This document shows, one piece after another, positions 21,428-34,757 of a stretch of 64,000 bases of DNA (position 1 is the first letter of the stretch; every line of letters begins with the position of its first letter). The stretch comes from Yuukianura sp. NJ FZ-2021. Its lineage: Eukaryota. The notes under the pieces are model-generated. The model searched no databases. It saw nothing but the letters and a program-made list of their open reading frames with translations, and was not told the origin of the DNA. Both the position numbers and the translations under genes were made by a program. The stretch spans positions 2,976,001 to 3,040,000 of the forward strand of contig CM102287.1 of NCBI GenBank assembly GCA_046563655.1, read 5' to 3'.

Positions 21428-21866
21428 TTTCACAAATGACCACAATTTATTTCCAAACACCATCTTTTGGCCAGTTTTTGGCGCGAACTTTAAAAACGTT
21501 TTTCGGACGAAAATTATTCGTCGCTCTTTTCACTTTTGACTTTTATTTACTTGTGCTTGTAACGTTATTGCGGGTCAAGCATCTAATACTTCAAACTTTA
21601 GACAAAAAATTACCGTTTCAATTGATTTGGTCCACTTTGACCTTTGACCCGGGTCATCATTAACATCAAACAAAACAAAAAAGCGTTACATATTCGGTAG
21701 TCACGGTATTCTTCACTACCAAAGTGCTCATCATTTAAACTGTTCCGGAGCGAATCACGGGAGGCTGTTGGAGGAGGGTTTATAAAACGTTAAAAATTCG
21801 ACACTAAAGTAAGCAATTTACGTAAATTTTACGTATTTTACAATTTACGAAAGTGCTAAACTTTAG
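21428..21866. promoter_or_regulatory. Probable bidirectional promoter region shared by WDR37 (-) and daughterless (+)
   Basis: The two start codons diverge (21427 and 22335). A short candidate 5'-UTR intron for da lies at 21809-21866 (GTAAGC...TTTAG), leaving only a few hundred bp for both promoters. Confidence 0.5.
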
Positions 21867-22334
21867 AAGTTGTGTCCGTGTAGTGGTGCTCTCTGTCCAT
21901 TTGTTGATGTGTTCTCCCCTTCTGTTTCTGCTGTCCCAAAAGAAGGTGGCCAAAACCAAAATGGTTGCCAGCTGATCCGAGCCCCCTTCGACTCAAATGG
22001 TTTGGGTTTGCGATGAATTTCGCCTGCTTTGAGAGAAGATGAGGACAAGATCTTCCAAATTCATTTCATTTCAGTTTCATCTTCAGCCTCTTCCAAAAGT
22101 TACCAACTTCCATATCGTCAACATCAAAAAAACAACACAAAAGAATCCTCCAATACAAAGTGTGTATCATCCAGTCACTTAAGTTGACTTTCAAGATCAG
22201 CAGTTCTGTGTCGTAAACACTACGTTTATTGTCGTTTGCCAGTGTTGTTGTTGTGCTGGAAGTACTGGACAGTCTGACTGAGGTCAACTGTAACAAGTGA
22301 CCCCTGACCCCTTGGATACACTTGATTGTCCAAC

Positions 22335-25331
22335 ATGGCAGCCAGTGACGATGAGCCCATGCACCTCTACGAAGTCTTTCAAAATTGTTTCAACAAAATA
22401 GCCAACAAGCAGCCAGGTAACTTTTCAGTTTCATTTGGACACATCAGGAGACCGTTACATTCTGAATTAACTAAAGTAATCAACTAATTAAGTAATCGAT
22501 TAATTGACGTTTGACTTAAGTCTATCCTTTGTTCCTCTGGTCAAGGAAGGGCGATGAATGGAAGTAGACGGATTTTTACTTTTTGTTGTAAACGTTTAAT
22601 TTACGTTGTTGTTTAGTTTAATTGCGGGTAGTAATCGAGTAATCATTAGGGTCATCTGTCATCATCTACCGGTCAGTAATCGTCCAGAGTAATCGAGGTA
22701 TAACTGGATGTTTTGCTGGATTAGGATCTCGTCAATCGTCGAGATGTCTAGCTAGCATTAGTGAGTGACCGTTACTCCTTGGGAATTTGTAATCATATGT
22801 TCTTAAATTATGTCAAAATATTATGTTTTCAGTATCATTTTTTAGTTATGATTAACGTGGACGTGTGATTAACTTAATTAAGTTAATACTTGATTAATTT
22901 ATAGGCAGGTCCAGTTGAGAGTCATTTAGAAGTCAATCAGATCCTAAATCCGAGTATTTGAGTTTATTACGTTTTGCAAAAGAATACTTAATTGTGCATT
23001 ACTAATTACTAAATGATTATCATTTTATTTACACTGGGATTCGGCATCTAAACTCCAAAGCTGGATACTGATTAACTGACTAGCTGATTAGCTGATTATT
23101 TTATAAGTTCTTAGTATAAGTAATTGGCAGAGTCAATTGATTAGTTAGTGGAGGAGATGTAGTTGGACAGGGAGTGTTTGGGAAGTTAACAAGTTAAGTG
23201 GGGGTTTGCTGTACTTTGGGCAGTTCCAGTGCTAAAATTTCTGAAATTTCAGTCCTGAAATCTCTGAAATTTCAGTTCTGAAACAGTTTCCATTGTTTTC
23301 CTACAGTTTACATGGAAGTTTCCTAAACCAAAGTTTTCGTGATGGAATCGATTGAACTGTTCAAGTTTTTTGACACGGTTTTGGTCAGTGATGTACTGGG
23401 TCAAATCTTATCCGAAGGTACACAAACTAGTGTTGACGTTTTAAAAGTTTACGGTCAACTTGAAACTAAAATTTCCATTGTTTTCGTTACTGAAAACAAA
23501 AGTTTACGACTATTGACAGTAGATGAGGATAACAATGACACAAGATACACTCTAAAACGTGACCTTGGTCTCATGAGGCCATTGTTGACCTAACCTACTA
23601 ACTATAACTATATGTTCGGCTAACTAAAATTTTTGGTCAAAGTCAAGGTTAGGTTGGCTGCAATTTGTTTCTGGGTGAAATTTCCCAGAATTCAGCATGA
23701 ATTTCCCAGAAATCCCGAGTTTAGTGATTAATTGGGAGTGAAGAGCGGAGTTTTGCGTAAACATTACTTGAAACCTGTTCCTAATTAAACGAGATTAATG
23801 TATAATTATTAATAAATTGTTAATTAATGCTATCTTTGTGTTTTCAGGTGAGAAGTCTTCTTATCCGTCACAGTACTCTGGAAGTGTGGAGAACAATGGG
23901 ATGATGTCTTCGTACAGTGGGAATTACATCGAAGAAACTTTCAGTCCAGAGTCGCCTTTCTTTCCATTTACTGGATCCAGAAGGTTACCCGCTCCACCTC
24001 AACCCACCGGAAACTGCAAGAGGAAGAAAGAGGTCAGATTCGAAATTTCAAAAAAAAAAAAAGTTCAAAATTTCCATTTTGTTGCTGTACTTACACGTCG
24101 TCTTTGTCTTCATTCTAACTTTTTCATCCCGAAGAAAAGATTTCGCGCCACTCAACAAAAATTCAAACCCGGAAACGCTTCCAACGGCTCGCAAAAACGC
24201 AGTTGGGAAAAATTCGCCATCCGTATAAATATAAAGCGAAAGTTCACAAAATTTCAAAAATTTCAACAGTAAAACTTGCGGATTTGGATTATTTTCGAAC
24301 TGGTGAATATCCGCTCTGAATTTTTTGGAAGCGGGACCGACAGTTCGGAATTTCAATAATTTCCAAACAAAGCGATCAACGTTGGTTTGTTTATTTATGT
24401 GTTTACGGTTGGGATTAAAGCTCTCTCTGTCAGTTTTCAGCGATCAGCGACCCACTGTAGACGCTTGGAGCTTCTAAATTTTAAAAAAGGCGCTGAATAG
24501 CGTAAATTCTTTACAAAAGCTATTGGATTATTAGTTCACTTTTGTTTGGATTTGGAAAACTCTAAATACGCTTTGGTTATTTTGGACCAAGAGAGAGGAA
24601 GGGGAGGGAGCAAAAGCAAACACGGAGATTTTGAAAGTCTTTTCTTTTGAATTGAGATTCTCGCTCTAGAATGTTTTTTGAATGTTTTTGAAAAGAAACA
24701 AGGGAGAAGAAGAGTGTTGAAATTGTAATTAGGCCTTTCCTTCTAAATATATCACGAACATTTATTTATTCTTCTCATCATTCGAGAGGCATACACGGAG
24801 AGGATTGATGATCACAGTCGAGAAGATGCGCAGAGAGACAGTTTTTAGCATTTTTTAAGGCAAGAGCAGAGAGAGTAGAGATTTTAAGTTGTTTACATTT
24901 GTAATTAGCAGGTAATTCCGTCATTAACACTATTTTTCTACATGAGGACACACAGACTCACGGTTTTACACATGTAGGAAAAATGTAACTGCTCATGTTT
25001 GTTGTGTTTTCGTGCATGAAATCACAAAAAGTTTAATATGAGGTTTTGTTTTAAAATGTTTCTGAATTTAGCATTTCGGATTTTTGGTGTCACGTTTTTT
25101 GAGTTATGTGGAAACGTGAAAATAACGTGAAAATACGCGAGTTATACGGGAAACACGCGAGTTCTACGTGAATACACGCCAGTTATATGATGTACTTCCC
25201 GGCGTGATTTACATTTTTAGTCAGTTACGGTAAAAAATAGTTTGATTAAATTTCATTTTCTTTTGTGTTTTGTGTAGATGTTGGATCCTTCAATAGACCC
25301 GGGAGATGGACATGGACAACCAAATTGGGGG
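22335..25331 (+). CDS. da: Daughterless / class I bHLH E-protein, 5' coding exons only; the bHLH exons were not seen and presumably lie beyond the window
   Basis: Exon 22335-22416 encodes [27 protein letters not shown], essentially the insect Daughterless N-terminus. It continues in frame through exon 23848-24032 ([10 protein letters not shown]...[10 protein letters not shown]...CKRKKE, NLS-like) and exon 25278-25331 ([18 protein letters not shown], phase-0 GTAAGT donor). Confidence 0.88.
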
Positions 25332-28300
25332 GTAAGTACACAAAATTTTGAAAATTTTTAGCTTAATTTTTTTTTGGCAACACAAAACCTCCGTTTTCGA
25401 AATTCCGGAAGTTCAAAGCGTGTGTTCCGGGAAATTCTCGAAGGACAAAGAGGTGTAGAGGTGAAAAAATTTGCATGGGAAATGGAAATGGTGTTAGAAT
25501 TTAAAAAAAAAATGAAAAGTTTTCATTTTCTAAGAATTTGTGTTATAAAGGTGACTTGGCTTTTGAAAAATCTAAATTGGTCACTTCCAGGACAAAAGTA
25601 GAGTCCCACGCTTCTGAAGCGTAAAAAAATTTCGCAATACAAAAAGTTTAATTTTTCGCAACTTGACTTTCCGCTCTTTGTTAATAAGTTCCTTAAAGAC
25701 AGGTAGAGTTGTGGGTGCTAGGTGCATAAAATTTGCAATTTTTCAAAATTTGCAATTTTATAGTCTCGGAGTGTAAGGAGATGGAAGAGATAAAGCAGGA
25801 AAAAGTTGTAGGGACGGCTTTTCAGGTACTTTTTCAAGACAGGTGAAAAAAATATACTTGGCCTAATATTGAACTTTAACTTATGTTTTTCGTTTTTTCG
25901 ATTTTTTTTTTTGCTAAAAAGAATTATGAAAACAAAGGGAGATGCTGCTGGACTTGATGAGATAATGATAGTTATTGTTTCATCTGCCTTGAGGAGTTTT
26001 AGTTTTTCAGTTTGTCTCAAAATGCCCCAAGAAACTTCAGTTTTTTGCAAGGAATTGCGTGAAAATGAATCATATTCCGGTTTATGGAGGGTTCAAAAAG
26101 ATGGGAGATTATGACCCCAAAAAGTTTAAGACTTTTAAGGCCATTGCGATTGCGTGTTTGTTTCAAAAAATGACTTTTTTGAGTTTTTGATGTAATTGTA
26201 AAACTTGTTTTTTTTTTTAAACCTCTTGAGAGAAATAATTGTAGAATTGTAATTTTTTTTTGGTAACTTCCGCTGTCTACCAAAAAGTACTTGAAATTTT
26301 TTGGAGAAGAAACGTGTAGTGTGTCGTGCAAGATGAAATTTTTTTAGAAACTGAAAGGGTTTTGCTTTTTTCTAAAAAGTAATTTTTGGTGTGTAATTTG
26401 GGCTTAACTTTCGCTTTTTGAGTAATTTTGGTGTGTAATTTGGGCTTAATCGATGATTTCGATGTGGATATTTTGAAAAAGAAGCCTGAAGCGAGGAATT
26501 TGGAGAGATGCGGGAGCACTTTTTGAAAACTAATTTTTCGAAAAGTTGGAAAAGGTTATGTTTTGGTTAGTTTTTGAAAATGTGTTTTTGTTAGATTATG
26601 AAATTAGGATTGCTAGGTTTGGAAGTTAATAATTATGAAGGTGTTATTAGTGGTATTAAATCTGAAAGTTTCTGGTGAAAAGGAAAAGTTAAAATTTTGA
26701 TTTTAAAGGGGGCTGGAGATGAATGTTTACAACAAACAGTGTTTCAGACATTTTCACCTTGCGGCTAAAAACTAAAACTGAAAAGCAGGAAAGTTAGGAG
26801 TTTAGAATTTTGGAGCAGTGTGTGTGGAAAAGTTTAAAATTTTGGATTTTGGCAATTGTTTGATGGAAAAGGCTCAAACGCTAAAAAGTTTTGGCGGGAA
26901 AGTTGTGCACAAAGGAAAAGTTAAGTAAATTTTGGCCAATTTGGAAAAATCAGGTCAAAGGTTGCGTTTTAAAAAAAATTAAAAGAGGAAGTTTTTTTTT
27001 TCCAAAGTTTTTGTTTTGTAGCTTCCGGGCTACAAAAACTGAAGAGCCGAAAGTAAACTACGCAGATTTGCAAAATTTTCGACTAACCTGATTTCAAAAA
27101 GAAGAGTTGAGACTTTTTTTCGAAAAAGTTTTTTGAAAATTTCAAAATTTGAAAGAAAAGATGGACGTTTAGGAAATAATTTTTTCCTGGTTAGGAGAAA
27201 GTCGTGTTTGTGTGAAAGTGAAAATCGTAGTTTCTTGGTTATTGGAGAACATTGGTGAAAAGTGGATGCGGTTGTAGGGAACACAAGTGAAAATTTTCGT
27301 TTTTTGAATTTTTTTTTGAAAAAGTGACTTTTTGGTGGTTTTGTGAATTGCGAGGGATCTCAATGTGACGGTTGGGCTTGAATTATAAGATGTCTCTTCT
27401 TTCTCCTGGAATATTTCACTTTCACTGGTTTCTTTTTTCCCTCAATCTTTTATTTTTCCTAACACAACCTCTGTGTGTAGAGATCTCCTTCGGATAACAT
27501 CAAAGACGTGCTCGATATTCAAATCCAAGAAAGTAATACGTCTTTTCCGCTTTTTTTCCGTTTTTGAAAAAAAAACGCATTTTTATTACAACCTTTCAAT
27601 GGTATAAATTTTTCTTTGGCTTCTTCTTCTGTTACTCCTTCCCATTTGGATTTTAGATCTAAGCATATAAAGTGTTGATGTTCTCGTTTTTACTACATTC
27701 TTCACATCCGGGAAAGAAAATTTGACTAAAATTTTTCGAAAAATGTGACAAAAGAATTTTTCTTCTTCATTTTCACTTTTAACGATGTTTTCACTCATGT
27801 TCAATCGTTAAAAAAAAGTTTTTGATAGGAGTCTGCTTTCGAACTTTGCATTTTTGAATTTTTTTTTGGAAATGAAAGTCTTTCATTTGGAATGTCGGAA
27901 ATAAGTTGTTAGGATTTTTTTAAATTTCGAAAAATTTTAAATTCTACAAATTTGAAATTGTGGTTTTGGATTTGAAGGCACGTGGCGGTGGGTTTTTTGA
28001 TTTTTTTCTTTTGGTTTTATAAGAAAGTTGTATTCCTTGAACTGCATTGTAGTTTTGGGATGAAGTGGAGCTAAATTGTGAAGAATGAGGTTGAAGTGGA
28101 CATATGTGTGTGAGGTCTTTTGTTTTTGGGTGAAAGTGGTTTGGTTTGAAGGAGTCCTTGAAGGGCTCACGTCCAAATGTAGGGCACACGCGCACAGGAC
28201 CACCGTCAAGGTGCAGGGTACTTGTGGTTAATTGACAAGGTGTGGAGGCTACTTTACTTTCTGGAGCAGATTGAATTCGGTTTTAATGTCAAAACGGGAC

Positions 28301-31300
28301 TTTTTTAAAAACCATTTGAAGGGGGTACTTAAGGGAGTTTTAGTGGAATGAGGAAACTGGGTGTGTGGCAGGCGGTGGGCCCTTAATTCATTTTGATCCT
28401 TAAAGATTATAACGGGACTTGGATTTTGTCTTAAACTGTTTTTCAAAATGAAAAAAAAAATGAAGATTTTTTGAAGATGGGTTTAGGTTTCATAAAAGTG
28501 TCCAACTGGATCTTCAAAATTGAATGAAATGATGCTCCACTGGGTTTTTTGAAACTGTTTTTGAAAATTTGTTGGCTTTTTTGAAAACAATGCTTCGTTT
28601 TTGAAATGATTAAAGCTGTCTGGGGATTAGTTTACCTCAAAAGAGGAAAAAAGTAGGTGAAGTTCAGGAGAAAATGAAGGGATGGGCATGTGGCGTATGC
28701 GAAGATGTTTAAGGGCCCCCTTGTCAGATTCAATCACAAGTAGTTAAGGGCCCCCTGTCGGACAGTGTTAAAGGAAGGAGTAAATTTTTAATTTTCAAAA
28801 GATGTTTTTTGAATTGATGAAAGAAAAATTTACCGTTTCTGTTTTTTTCACTTTTTGGTTTTGTGAAGATGATGAGCAGACGGTGAGCAGAAGAAGATGA
28901 AGTTTCGGAAGGGCGGGAAAAAGCCGATTATTCAAAAAAGTACTAATTATAAGTAAGATGAATAGCATAAGGTCAACCGGAAGTGGGAAAATTTCAAAGA
29001 AAAAAAACTTTCAAAATTTTAGTTTTTCGAAAACATTTATGAAATGAGGTGTTTCGCTTTTTCAATAATTTTCGATTTAGTTTTTGTTTTGTGTTTGTAA
29101 CGCTTGACTTGTGCTTGATTTTGTTCATTAGGAGGTGAGTCACTAGTGTTAGGAAAGGTTTTTTTTTTGTTTTGAAAAAGCCCGGGTAGTACGCTTGATT
29201 TTGAAATTTTGAAAGTTGGAGGGAGTAACTATTTGGGAGCTAATTGGAAATTAGGCGAATCGGTTTCTGATGAATGAGGCACGAGAGGCGTTCGAAATGC
29301 TGATTTCTGATTGGTGGATTCCTTTTTTTTAAAACTTGTTCTAAACAGCATGTTCTGAACACAACTTATCGGTATCGGAAGGAAGCAGTTGGGATTTTAG
29401 CGGGAAATTTTGAAATTGGAGGCATGAAGCGTGTCACCGCTTAACCAAAAAAATGTTTGATTGATTGATCAAATTGCAAGGGAGATGACATGAGAGGCAT
29501 GACTAGGTTCAGGTTGATTGACTAACATGAAAATTTTGAAAACTTTTTTGAAATAATGTTTTGTTTTGAAAAAATATTGAAATTTTGAGCATGAAATGAA
29601 TGTTGTTGTGTTTGGTGCAGTGCTGGTGGCAGTGTTTGAGTTTAGACTTTAGTTTATGGTAGGCTGTACGCTGAGGTACACGCTAAAGGCTTACACGGAA
29701 AAAGCATTTGTTTTTTCTCGGTAAGGGCAGGTGTGTTGGGGAAGTTTTTTTTTTCGGTTTTTACTTTTTTCGTTTTTTGTTTCGTTTTTTGAAAGCCACG
29801 CGACCACATTTACTTGTTCGAAAAAGCACTTTGAACAGAGCGAGCGAAAGTTAAGAGAGACAGGAGAGTCAATCATGCAGTTTTTTGGAGGGAGAGATAA
29901 AATAAAGTTTAGAATTTATGTGAATTCTGGACGTGTCCAGGTACACGACTGCGCAGAAGAGAAAAAAACGTGACAGTTTCTGCGCAGGATGAAAGAAAAA
30001 CATGAAATTTGTATCGTGTTTTTGAAAAAAGGTGAAGCATTTCCTGGATTTTTGTCATAATTGCTTTTGGAGGTTGAAATTTATGAAATTTTGGTAGGTG
30101 TAAACTGAGTTGCAGAAATTCGTGAATGAAATTTGAATTTTTTGGCACGAACTTTTGTTTTTTGAATTTGAAATTTTGTGTCCAGGAAGTCCAGTGCAAT
30201 TAATTAGCAGGGGAGAGTAAATTAAAGTGTTTTAAGACAGAATGAATTTGTTTGGAGTTTCCATAAATGGAACAGGATTTCAGTTTTGGAAATTTTAAGA
30301 CTTTTTTTTTTGAAAAAAGTTTTTATGGTAAGACGAGAGTGTGACAACGACATGATTTTTGTGTGTTTTGTTCATTTTTGAGTATGTTTTTGTGGTTTTT
30401 GCGTGAAGCAATTAGGGAAGCAGGCACTCCTTGCAAAATGTCACTTTTTGAAAAGTTGGCTTGTTTAGAGACTCGAAATTTTGGTTTTTAGTTTTTTACT
30501 TTTTTTGCAAAAAGTAAAGTGTGTAAATCAGGAGACAGACGAAAACTTGGAATGAGTCAAGGAGTGGCGTGCGTGTGGGGGTTAATTTCTTGAGTTGTGT
30601 TTGGAATTTGGAATTTTTTGGCCGTTATTTTTGTAATTTTGAAATTGAAATGTTATTTTATGAAGTTTTTGAAATTTGAAAAGATGAATTGGATTGAGAA
30701 TGATGTTGGAGGAGAAGTGCGTCGTGTCGTTTGCTCCCTTCGTTTTCATCCTACGCCTACCGTATGTTGTCCGCCTTAACGCAAAAACTGGGAGTTTTAA
30801 AAACAGACAAGAAGTCAATTTATGGCTGATTTTAGTCGTTGAACATCAAGAAAAAAAAAAAAACTTGGTCTATTACTGCCGCTTTTTCGAAAAAAAATAG
30901 TTGATTTTGAAAAATCTATTGGAGTTAGGGATTCTTAAAAAAATTTTCCAATTGTGGAAAAATTAGAAAGAAATTCTGGATTGTGCGAGGTTTTGAATTT
31001 TAGAAAATGTACAGATGACATGAGCCATCACACGTCAGAGCGTTAAGGGCTCTGCGTTCTAAGGGGTCCATTAAGGGCTTTGTCTTAAGTGTTAAGGGAA
31101 GCCGATTGCAAAAAAGTATGAAAAGTCCGAAAATTCTTAGGTGCGTCTTTTCCTCTGAAAAGTCTGAAAATTCTGAGCTGCCTTTTCCTCTGAAATGCCA
31201 GAATTTCCTGCTTTTTTCGTCTGAAAAGTCGGAATTGAGCTTTTTGGAAGTCGGAGTCCCTTGGTTTTTGTGTCCAAGGGGAGAAGATTAAGTGTTCTCT

Positions 31301-34300
31301 TTGCAAGATGGTGGTTGGTGGTGGGGGGACTTAAGCTGGGGGAGGGGGGACTTAAGGACAGTGGGATTATGTAACGGAATTAAGTGTTGTGAGTGTATAA
31401 TTAAAAGATTTGGAAAGTTCTTTTGTGATTAAGAATTAAATCTTTGGAAGGGGTGAAGGTGAGAGAGACTTAAGGGTTCAATAGACTGGGGTCAACGGCA
31501 GGAACAGGCCCTTAAGGGCTACTGCTCCCTTGATTCCTTGATTGAATTGGATTTTGGAAATTTAAAAAGTAGGAACTTTCATTTTCGTTAAGGGCTCCAA
31601 GATTATACTGGAGGGAGAGCGGGCGAAGATGAAATAAAAAAGTGTGCCAGAGACAAAGGGAGGGAGAGAGGACTTTATTTATAGATTGAGCCCTTCGTTT
31701 CGTGGAGGGAGCCCTTTGAAATGAAAATGGAAGTGAGGAGGTGGAGGGGGACTTGAAGGGAGTTTTTTGTGGAGGGGCCCTTGGGACTGGGAATAAGGGT
31801 AAGACCGTGGTAATTGGGCTAGACAAGACACTGTTGTGTGTTGGAGAAGAGAAAAGTACGGTGGAGGGATGATGTTAAGTCCCCCCCCCCTCGCAGCTCC
31901 CCCGCTAAGGGGGGGGGGGTACTTGAGGGGTGGGGGAGGAGAAGGTAGGAAGATCTGTTAGATGTAAAATAGAAACGGTTTTCAAGGGCTCCGAAAAAAA
32001 ATTCGGAAGATGAGAAAACCGTTAACTTCCTGTGTAATGTTGGATTTTGAATTTGAGTTTTTGAAAATTTTTAAATTATGAAATGAAGGTGGGCGGACCG
32101 GGATTTTTACAGCGATTTCCGTGTTTCAATTTTCAGCCCTTTGAATCGATTTTTAGAAGATTGTTTGAATGAGAGTTTCGAATGATAATGAGAAAAAAAG
32201 TGGGAGTTTTTTGAAACCGGGATTTTTTGAATTTTAAAACAGATTTTTATGGTTAAGTGAAAATGAGAGAAGGTTTCCGGGAAAAAGTTGAGGGTGAAAA
32301 GTTGACGAGGGGATGTTTGAGGGATGATTTTTAAGATTTTTGAAAATGAGGGAGACAGTAGCTTTCAATTTTGAAAATGTGCTTTGAAAAAGTAGGGTTT
32401 TGAGTTGAAAAGTTTTTTGAACAAGATTTTTAGGTTGACTTGGAAAGAGGGTGGGAGGATATCAGATTTCCAAAATGATTTTTTGAACTTCTAAGGGTAC
32501 CCATCTTGGCTTTACTTTTTGGAGCGATTTTTTGAACTAGTAATTTCAAAATTTTGAAACTCGACTGACAAAGGAGCATTTACAAACTTTTATTTTTCGT
32601 GATTTTTTTCTGGGCGTTTTTGAAGGTATTTGTGTTCGGCAGTTTTGTTTGGCAAATGACAGATTTTTATGAAAATGTTTTTTTTTTTGAAAAGTGACTC
32701 AAGCATGGCCATTTTCTGGTTTTCTTTGGACAAGTTTTTGAAAAAGAAGAAAGTAAAGTGTTGAATTTTGAATAAAAAATTGAAATTCTAAAAAGAAGTT
32801 GAGATTCTCACTTTTCTGTTGGAGAAATGTGAATTTTTAGAGGAAGAGGAAGAATAGGTAAGTTTTGAAAATAGTTTTTCTAAATTTTCAAACATTTTGT
32901 GTGTGAGTGGAGGGAGTTTTTTTAAAAAATGGAAAGTGTGTGAGGTGCTTTTATAAAAACTTTTTCTTTACGTGCATAGATTGGTTATGGATGCTGATGA
33001 AAGTCGTAGAAGGGCCAAACACCCCCATTTTTCAAAAAAAGAGGGAATATATGAAAAAATTCTAAAAAGGTTTTCGTTTTGGATTCTTCTTTTATTTTTT
33101 GTGCTTTTTCAGAGGTTTTATGAAACATTACTTTGTGCTTTTTGAACACATTTGAACAGTTTTTTGTGTGTTTGGGGTTCGAGGTTTTCATATTTGAGTG
33201 GAGCAGGAGATTTTTCAGAGGCTATTTTTAGAAACAGGAGTGCAGTGTCCCTAAGTTGAACTTTTTCAGTTGGAGGAAACGAAAATGTAAAGCGAAAAAT
33301 TAAAATTTTATGCTCAAAGACAAAATTTTGGAATGAAAAGTTGAAATTTTAAGGTTTTCAGAATAAACTGAAATTGAGAATTTTGCGGAATGTGCAGAAA
33401 CCTGGAACTGCGAATTTGGAGAATTTTTAGGAGAATTTTCCTCGAATTGAAGATTTTTCTTAAAGGTGGCGATTTTTCTCAATTATTGTGACGCGTTTTC
33501 CTAAATCTGACGATTTTTCTTAAATGTGCCGATTTTTTTTCAAATGTTACGATTTTTTTCAATTTTCCAATCATAATACAAAGCCTGTTGATTCAGTATG
33601 GACTCTGAGCATGCGCAGAGCGAAGAAATCCTGCGTCGATCCTTGAATAGTTGAATTGTTGTAGGATTTGTAATTTTAAAGGGAAGAATTGGGGTTTTGT
33701 TTAAAGCGAAAAGCCTGAACCCTTGAAATGTTTATATTTTGGAGCCCTTGGCTTTAGGTTGGACTGTTCCAGGGTCCCTTGAAGGGCTCCCGTGAATTCT
33801 AAGGGATGATGATCATGGTGATGATGATGATGAGGGAACCTTTTTTCAAACTTTTCAAAATCTCCCTCCATCTCTCTTGCACTGTAAAGCGTTCCCCGGT
33901 CGGTGATTCGGTGGGTTTCTTCTCGTTTCTTGTTGACTGACTTCCGAAATGAAGGGAAGGGGAGAAGGGCCCCTTTTCATGTAAGGGCCCCCGTCCTCCT
34001 AAGGGCTACTGCAGTGGTGGAGCACTTATGATTCAAACTCGGCCGACCGAATAGTTCCCCCGAGAGACTTTTTTTGTGTGGAAGTTGGTGGTTTGGAGTC
34101 CCTTATACCTTGTACCCTTGGAGCCCTTAAAGTCCTCCCTTTGTATGGAGTTGTGTTTTTGAAAAAGGCTGTTTTGAAAAGTGGAACTCAGAATTGATCT
34201 TTGGTGGAACGGAAACACTTTACTACGCTCTCTGTCAGATTTTTTGAAAAGAAAAAGTGAAAAATCGAGGTTTTCAGTGACGATTTTCCGATTTTCAGTT

Positions 34301-34412
34301 GAATATCATTTTTGAAAGCGGCCATTTTTGAAAGTGTACATAGGTGTGTGAGTTTCGGTTTTTTTTTCGGATTCGGTTCGTTTCAGTTTTTTTTCGAAAT
34401 GAAGTGACTACT

Positions 34413-34757
34413 ATGCAGCAACAAGTTTTGGAAGTGACACGAGTTGAGGATTTGGAATTGAGGTCGCCGAGGTCAACTTTGGATTTGGCGGGAAGGAGAG
34501 ATATGTCTGTAGGTGGTGGGTCCGGAGTGAGATATGGAGGTGGGGGTGGATCGGGAGACATGTTGGACAGGAAACCACTTCTGATTAGTGCTAACAACAA
34601 CAATCACTTGATTGATGGTGGGACTATGGTGGGGCCAAGTGGGTTCGGTGGAGGTGGGGCTCAAAACATGTTCAAAATGTCGGAGGATGCATTATTCGCC
34701 CTGTCAAACGGAGATCACGCAGCGGCCTTTGACCTCATCTTTGCCACGGCGGCACAG
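34413..34757 (+). CDS. Isolated Gly-rich coding exon; candidate alternative first exon of da
   Basis: ATG at 34413 opens 115 codons with coding-like composition in an otherwise low-complexity region, ending ...AAFDLIFATAAQ at a phase-0 CAG|GTCAGT donor. Confidence 0.55.
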
